Positions 59,027 through 64,000 of a stretch of DNA of 64,000 nt are shown here, piece by piece. Numbering within the stretch: position 1 is the first letter of the stretch; each line of letters begins with the position of its first letter. A program made the position numbers and the translations under genes. Below the pieces are notes generated by a model, which was not told where the DNA came from, did not search any database, and saw only the letters and a list, made by a program, of their open reading frames with translations. The stretch is from an uncultured Chloroflexota bacterium (GTDB lineage Bacteria > Chloroflexota > Dehalococcoidia > CAUJGQ01): positions 5,556 to 69,555 of the forward strand of contig CALFMN010000102.1 of NCBI GenBank assembly GCA_937879875.1, given 5' to 3'.

Positions 59027-59904
59027 TGGCGGCTGAAGCAATAACCCTGCAAGACTACAAGACCCCTGAAGAGTCCTGGTGGTGCCCCGGCTGCGGCGAT
59101 TTCGGCGTGCTCGCCGCGCTGCAGAAGGCGCTGCTGGACCTGCAAATCAAACCCGAGAATATCGCGCTTGTCGCCGGCATCGGCTGTTCGGGCAAGATCG
59201 GCAACTACGTCAACAGCTACAACCTCCACGTCACGCACGGCCGCACGATGCCCGCGGCGCTCGGCCTCAAGCTGGCCAACCGCGAGTTGACCGTGATCGC
59301 GGCCGGCGGCGACGGCGACGGCTACGCGATCGGCATGGGCCACTTCATGCACGCGCTGCGCCGCAACGCCGACATCACCTACATCGTGATGGACAACCAG
59401 ATCTACGGCCTGACCAAGGGCCAGACTTCGCCGACCTCGGCGATGGGCTTCGAGACGAAGTCAACGCCGTCGGGCAACAAGGAGCACAACGTGCGGCCGC
59501 TGCAACTCGCGATCGCGGGCGGCGCGACCTTTGTGGCGCAAGGCTTCAGCTCGAACCAGCGCCAGCTCGTGGACCTGATCAAGGGCGCCATCCGCCACAA
59601 GGGCTTCTCGCTGGTCAATACGCAGAGCCCCTGCGTGACCTTCAACAAGCTCAATACCTACGCCTGGTGGAAGCAGAAGCTGGTGGACGTGACCACGCTT
59701 GAGGGCTACAACCCGCACGACCGCGTGTCGGCGATGACGCTGCTGGCCGCGCACGACGAAGCGGTGACGGGGCTGGTCTACGAGGACACGGTCTCCGAGT
59801 CGTTCGACCAGATGCTGCCCGGCTTCCGCGAGCAGGGCATCGTCAACCAGGACTGGACGGCGCCGCAGGGCGAGTTTCAGAAGATCCTGGCCGGGTACAG
59901 GTAG
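59026..59904 (+). CDS. korB: 2-oxoacid:ferredoxin oxidoreductase, beta subunit
   Basis: TAATG stop/start overlap with korA. TPP-binding region WCPGCGDFGVL...GGDGDGYAIGMGHFMHALRRN...MDNQIYGLTKGQ. Confidence 0.9.
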   Translation: MAAEAITLQDYKTPEESWWCPGCGDFGVLAALQKALLDLQIKPENIALVAGIGCSGKIGNYVNSYNLHVTHGRTMPAALGLKLANRELTVIAAGGDGDGYAIGMGHFMHALRRNADITYIVMDNQIYGLTKGQTSPTSAMGFETKSTPSGNKEHNVRPLQLAIAGGATFVAQGFSSNQRQLVDLIKGAIRHKGFSLVNTQSPCVTFNKLNTYAWWKQKLVDVTTLEGYNPHDRVSAMTLLAAHDEAVTGLVYEDTVSESFDQMLPGFREQGIVNQDWTAPQGEFQKILAGYR

Positions 59905-59985
59905 CAGGCGGCAGGTTACAGAAAACAGAGCGGCGGGGCGGGGCAGCCTCGCCGCTTCCTGCTTGCGTGGCTGCCGTGGCCGTGC

Positions 59986-60298
59986 GGGGCACCTAACCCT
60001 GACTTCGCAAGCGAAGTCTGTCCCTTCCCGAGACGGGTAAGGGACTCCTGGAGCGTTCCATACACTGAGCGACGGCAGCGGAGCCGGGGAACCCTGAGGA
60101 GGAGTGGGCGAGCGGCCTCTGTCGCAGCGCACTATGTCTCCAGCGGACACTGACCGCCGTCATGCGCTCCAGCCAGCTTCGTCTCCCGAGAGGACATCCC
60201 ATCTCGCTCCCCTCGCTCACTGGCCGGAGCGCTCCAGGAGTCCCTTCCTGCGTCGGGAAGGGACAGCTTTCGCAAGCGAAAGCAGGATTGGGTGCCCC
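59986..60298. mobile_element. MITE-like / REP-composite element with ~70-bp imperfect terminal inverted repeats
   Basis: The left arm (59986-60055) and the reverse complement of the right arm (60230-60298) align at about 80% by eye. Each arm contains two sub-hairpins (CTTCGC-AA-GCGAAG / CTTTCGC-AA-GCGAAAG, and TCCCTTCC...GGAAGGGA). The ~170-bp core has no credible ORF. The element sits between the convergent korB and amidohydrolase genes. Confidence 0.6.
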
Positions 60299-60343
60299 GG
60301 GCGGGCGCGGCGCTGTCGCTGTGCTCGTCGCCGCGCCGCGGGC

Positions 60344-61567
60344 TCAACCGGCCGCGGGCGACTGAGCCGCGGGCGCGGGGGAAGCCCGCCCTCCTTCCAG
60401 CCACACGCCGAAGACGGCCTCGGGCCGCTCCAGCAAGCTGATGTCTGCCAGCGGGTCGCCGGCCACGAGCAGCAGATCGGCGCAAAAGCCGGGCGCGATG
60501 CGGCCGGTGCGTTCGCCCAGACCGAGCAGCTCGGCGGCGGTGGCCGTGGCAGCGCGGATCGCCTCGGCCGGCGCAAGCCCGTGTTCCACCATCAGCCGCA
60601 GCTCCTGCGCGTTGCGGCCATGCTCATTGCCGGGCGTGCCGGCGTCCGTCCCGGATGCGAGGATGACGCCGGCCCGCAGCGCGCGGTGGAACGAATCGAC
60701 GTGTGCCTCGGCTACCATGCGCGACTTCTCCAGCACGTGCGGCGGCATGCCGGCGCCTTCGCCGAGCAGATTAATGTTGTGCGGCGCCGCGATCGTGGCC
60801 ACGAGCACGGTGCCGCGCTGTTTCATCTCCTCGATCACGTCGTCTTCCAGATAGATGCCATGCTCGATCGAATCGATGCCCGCGAAGACGGCGTTGCGGA
60901 TGCCCTGCGCAGCCTGCGCGTGCGAGGCCGTTTTCACGCCGGCCTTGTGCGCCTCCTCGACGCCCGCGCTCAACTCGTCCAGGCCGAGCTGCGGCGAGCG
61001 CGGGTCCACGCCGGGCGTCATCACGCCGCCGCTGGCCATCAGCTTGATCGCTCGGGCGCCGGCCTTCAGCTGCTCGCGCACCGCCTTACGCACTTCGTCG
61101 GGACCGTCCGCCTCGCGGCCGATCGGCCAGCCGTGGCCGCCGGTCATCGTGACCATGCGCCCGGCCGGCACAATGCGCGGCCCTGCGACCATTCCCTGCT
61201 CCACCGCACGCATCAGGTCGCAGTTGAGCGCGTGCGGCGCGCCGAGGTCGCGCACGGTGGTGAAGCCGGCGCGCAACGTGGCGCCGGCATTGTTTGCCAT
61301 CCGCCAGGCGTAGACGGCGATCGGATCGACCGGGTTGAGCGGCTCGCCCGGCCAGCCGTCGTAGGCCAGATGCACGTGGCAGTCGATCAGACCGGGCAGC
61401 AGGGTGCAGCCTTCCGCCTGCACGACCTCGGCGCCGTCCCGCGGCAGGGCGCGGCCGATTGCGGCGATGTGGCCATCCTCAACACGCACGTCGAGGCCCG
61501 GCAGCAGCGTGCCGGCGTCGCTGTCGAAGACGCTGGCGCCGGCGATGAGCAGCGATGCGGGGCTCAT
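60344..61567 (-). CDS. Amidohydrolase family protein (metal-dependent hydrolase)
   Basis: Start at ATG 61567. LLPGLIDCHVHL metal-binding motif, a later ...SIEHG... motif, and GTDAG near the C-terminus. Confidence 0.85.
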   Translation of the reverse strand: MSPASLLIAGASVFDSDAGTLLPGLDVRVEDGHIAAIGRALPRDGAEVVQAEGCTLLPGLIDCHVHLAYDGWPGEPLNPVDPIAVYAWRMANNAGATLRAGFTTVRDLGAPHALNCDLMRAVEQGMVAGPRIVPAGRMVTMTGGHGWPIGREADGPDEVRKAVREQLKAGARAIKLMASGGVMTPGVDPRSPQLGLDELSAGVEEAHKAGVKTASHAQAAQGIRNAVFAGIDSIEHGIYLEDDVIEEMKQRGTVLVATIAAPHNINLLGEGAGMPPHVLEKSRMVAEAHVDSFHRALRAGVILASGTDAGTPGNEHGRNAQELRLMVEHGLAPAEAIRAATATAAELLGLGERTGRIAPGFCADLLLVAGDPLADISLLERPEAVFGVWLEGGRASPAPAAQSPAAG

Positions 61568-61815
61568 GGCGCACCTCGGTTCGGGGCTGGTACCGGCATG
61601 GTACAGGCCGTCCGCGCGGCGCAGAAGGGCCGCGCGTGGCCGGCGAACGGACGGACCCGCGCCGCGTGGCCCGATCGCCGTTTGGAGCACGCACGATCCG
61701 CGTTGACGTCTCTGCGCCGGTGCCGCATCATCCCATATGCGGGCGTTGCGGACCGGTGAACGCGGACGGGAGCCGCATGCCGGTCTGCCGCCGCCGCACG
61801 GACGGGAGCGCGACG

Positions 61816-62628
61816 ATGAGGACGGCAAACGGCGCCTTCGACCTCCAGGTACTCGTGGACGGCGCGGAGGCGTACGAGTTCGTTCACAACGGCGAGACGT
61901 ACATTGAAGGTCGCCGCGACCGCGAGTACACGCTGCGCGTTCACAACAATACAGGCGGCCGGCTGCTCGCCGTGCTCTCGGTGGACGGTCTGTCGGTCAT
62001 GGACGGCCGGCCGGCGAGCACCACCCGCGGCGGCTACGTGCTCGATCCGTACCGCTGCACCGACATCCGCGGCTGGCGGCTCAACGATCGCGAGGTCGCG
62101 CGCTTCTTCTTCGGCTCGCTGCCGCAGGCGTACGCCGCGCAGATGGGCCAGCCGCGCAACATCGGCGTGATCGGCGCCTCCGTGTTCAGCGAGCACGTGC
62201 CCGCGCCGGTGCGCTATTTCCCGCCTCCGGCGTCGGCGTCGCGAGCGCCGGCCGCACCAACCTACGACGGCACCCCGAGCCCCGCCGCACCGCGTCCGCA
62301 GGACGCCTTCCCCACCCTCGGAGCGCCGCCTCCCACCGCGGCGCCGCCTCCGCCCTCGATGGCGCCACCGCAGCAGCAGGCGCCATCACCCGCCTCCGCT
62401 GGCATCGGCACGGGCTTCGGGGCGCGCACGCAGGATGCGATTCGCCATGTGAGCTTTGCGCGCTCGTCGGAGCCGCCGCAGGTGCTGGTGCTGCGCTATG
62501 ACGATGCGGCGGGCCTGCGCGCCCGCGGCATCGATCTTGAGCGCGCGGCGTCGCTGCAGCGTGTGGACCAGGCCAACCCGTTCCCAGCCGATCGCGGCGC
62601 GCCGCCCCCGCCAGGCTGGCGTGGCTGA
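61816..62628 (+). CDS. Hypothetical two-domain protein with Pro/Ala-rich linker
   Basis: ATG at 61816 follows GGGAG. N-terminal ~150-aa globular region, then a ~70-aa P/A-rich linker, then a C-terminal ~80 aa. No family recognised. Confidence 0.55.
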   Translation: MRTANGAFDLQVLVDGAEAYEFVHNGETYIEGRRDREYTLRVHNNTGGRLLAVLSVDGLSVMDGRPASTTRGGYVLDPYRCTDIRGWRLNDREVARFFFGSLPQAYAAQMGQPRNIGVIGASVFSEHVPAPVRYFPPPASASRAPAAPTYDGTPSPAAPRPQDAFPTLGAPPPTAAPPPPSMAPPQQQAPSPASAGIGTGFGARTQDAIRHVSFARSSEPPQVLVLRYDDAAGLRARGIDLERAASLQRVDQANPFPADRGAPPPPGWRG

Positions 62629-62681
62629 GGCGTCGCACGGCCGTACCGTGCTGCCGGCAATGCTCCGGCGACCGGTGCGGT

Positions 62682-63161
62682 TCAGTCGCGCTGTGCGAGG
62701 GCGCGCAGCTCGTCGGTATACCAGTCGGTGGCGAGCAGCACGCGGCGTACGAAGGACTGGCGCCGCAACTGATTGCGGATGTAGTCCTGCCACTCCTCAC
62801 GCAGATGGCGGGGGAAGGCGCCCATCGTCACCAGCACCAGTTCGTAGTAGTCGAGCACCTGGGCGGAGACGAGGATCAGCCGCGTGTCTTCGCCGCGCAG
62901 TTGCTCGAACTCCCAGTCGCCCTCCGCGTATTTCGGGTCGTTCAGCCCGGCGAGCAGTTCAGGGTGTTCCAGAAAGAGCATGTTGGTGTTTGAGCCGGCA
63001 GAGACGATCGCCTGGTAGGCGGTGGCGATGCTGGCCTGCTCGCTGGCCCGCGCCTGCCTCAGGAAGAGCAGCAGCGCTCCCATCGTGCCGAGCAGCCCCA
63101 GTCCGCTGAGCAGCGAGCCGATCGAGGCCATCACCTGCAGCCAGTTGGTGAGCGGCAGCAT
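62682..63161 (-). CDS. Hypothetical membrane-anchored protein (159 aa)
   Basis: N-terminal TM segment (IGSLLSGLGLLGTMGALLLF) followed by a helical domain. High GC3. Confidence 0.5.
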   Translation of the reverse strand: MLPLTNWLQVMASIGSLLSGLGLLGTMGALLLFLRQARASEQASIATAYQAIVSAGSNTNMLFLEHPELLAGLNDPKYAEGDWEFEQLRGEDTRLILVSAQVLDYYELVLVTMGAFPRHLREEWQDYIRNQLRRQSFVRRVLLATDWYTDELRALAQRD

Positions 63162-63169
63162 GCCCGGCC

Positions 63170-63280
63170 CCCAGCCCCTTCCCCAATACTAGGGGAAGGG
63201 AAGTTTCTGGATCTTGGCGAGGGTGTCGAGCTGCCTCTATCCCTCCCCATCGCTATGGGGGAGGGGCAGGGGAGGGGGTC
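63170..63280. repeat. Pair of GC-rich hairpins (variant of the E1/E2 family)
   Basis: CCCTTCCCC-AATACTA-GGGGAAGGG (63177-63201) and CCCTCCCC-ATCGCTAT-GGGGAGGG (63241-63264). The second hairpin overlaps the last codons of the CMD-family gene. Confidence 0.65.
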
Positions 63281-63843
63281 ACGGCCGTCGGGATCGGCTG
63301 CATCCCCGGCTCAAGATCGATCGCCAGCCCTTCGAGCACGCGGGCGACGCAGTTGTAGAAGCCGACCGTGATCGCCAGCTCGAGGATGCGGCGGTCATCG
63401 AAGTGCTGGCGCAGGGCGCTGAACGTGGAGTTGGAGACCTGCACGTGACGCGTCGATTCGGCGGCGTAGGCCAGCAGGGCGCGATCCGCGGGCGAGAACG
63501 GGCCGGGGTCGTCGCGCAACAGCGCCTGCACCTGCTCGTCGCTGACCCCTTCGCGGCGGGCGATGGGCAGGTGCGCCGCCCATTCGTAGTTGGCGCCGGA
63601 ACAGCGCGCGACCTGGATGATCGCCAGCTCGCGGTTGCGGGCGTCGAGGCTGACCGAGCCGTCCTGATCGAAGCCGCGCAGCGTTTCGGCAAAGGCGCCC
63701 CAGCGCTGCATCAGCTTCGGGCTGTGCGCGAGCAGCTCGTAGAGATGGCCGGGGCCGCTGCCGCGGGCAGCGCGCAGCCGCGCGAACTCCTGTTTCACCT
63801 CTTCCGGGCCGGTTTCGCTGGTGACGTAGGCGATGCGGGCCAT
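63253..63843 (-). CDS. Carboxymuconolactone decarboxylase (AhpD-like) family protein
   Basis: ATG at 63843 follows AAGGGAG. RELAIIQVARCSGANYEWAAHLPIAR is a typical CMD/AhpD-like core. The Pro-rich C-terminal tail is encoded by the hairpin repeat. Confidence 0.8.
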   Translation of the reverse strand: MARIAYVTSETGPEEVKQEFARLRAARGSGPGHLYELLAHSPKLMQRWGAFAETLRGFDQDGSVSLDARNRELAIIQVARCSGANYEWAAHLPIARREGVSDEQVQALLRDDPGPFSPADRALLAYAAESTRHVQVSNSTFSALRQHFDDRRILELAITVGFYNCVARVLEGLAIDLEPGMQPIPTAVTPSPAPPP

Positions 63844-63940
63844 GTGTCGCTCCCTTCGATCGCTCGATGGGGTGAGTGGGGAGTGGAGAGTAGTGAAAGG
63901 GGAACCGGCAGCGAAAGCCCGACTCACTGCTCACCCCAAC

Positions 63941-63964
63941 TGTTCCCTGTTCCCTGTTCCCTGT
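63941..63964. repeat. Heptamer tandem repeat (TGTTCCC)x3
   Basis: Read directly: TGTTCCCTGTTCCCTGTTCCCTGT, near the right window edge and upstream of the CMD-family gene. Confidence 0.8.
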
Positions 63965-64000
63965 AACCTATCCCCCATGAAACACTGCGGCGATTGTGGC

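Noticed and set aside
60104-61759. 551-aa plus-strand ORF
   Set aside because: Antisense to the amidohydrolase gene, which carries the DCHVHL motif on the minus strand. Its 5' part also runs through the MITE-like element.

Overview
High-GC bacterial chromosomal segment (roughly two-thirds G+C by eye, not computed). Most credible start codons have GGAGG-type Shine-Dalgarno sites. The lineage cannot be fixed from sequence alone; the gene content (DUF1800/DUF1501/NHL, selB, korAB) would fit Chloroflexota/Thermomicrobia or a similar group. I can support about 60 CDS. I found no rRNA, tRNA, CRISPR array, integrase or transposase. Housekeeping and metabolic genes: ACT-domain malic enzyme, 2-oxoacid:ferredoxin oxidoreductase korAB, selB, P450, SDR, LLM oxidoreductase, amidohydrolase, carboxylesterase, a peptide-type ABC importer (binding protein plus 2 permeases, no ATPase), a 1143-aa double-FtsX permease, and several LysR/ArsR/WYL regulators. 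Accessory and defence content: (i) a type II R-M pair at the left edge (methylase cut by the window, plus an XhoI/PaeR7I-like endonuclease). (ii) A type I R-M operon, hsdM-hsdS...hsdR (22.0-31.1 kb, minus strand), whose hsdS-hsdR junction carries a ~3.1 kb block of four same-strand cargo genes. These are an AlbA_2/Schlafen-like protein translationally coupled to hsdS, a DUF3800-like protein coupled by a GTGA overlap to an uncharacterised 163-aa protein, and a ~70-aa ORF directly before hsdR. This is the slot occupied by the anticodon nuclease prrC in the E. coli prr locus, and it is my best candidate for an undescribed R-M-linked defence module. (iii) A decayed higB/higA-like module, an excisionase-type HTH gene and a strikingly low-GC secreted-protein gene next to the R-M locus. 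(iv) A minus-strand chain selB-nurA-[perfect palindrome]-DUF4177-like-unknown 198-aa-herA, with overlapping stop/start codons. This is an expanded bacterial NurA/HerA cluster and my second candidate. Non-coding structure: a family of GC-rich hairpin and inverted-repeat elements (shared 18-mer GGGGCACCTAACCCTGAC, CCAATCCTGG loops) that includes a 313-bp MITE-like element, and a ~110-bp direct repeat (~89% identity) flanking the malic enzyme gene. All family assignments come from motifs recognised by eye. No database search was run.
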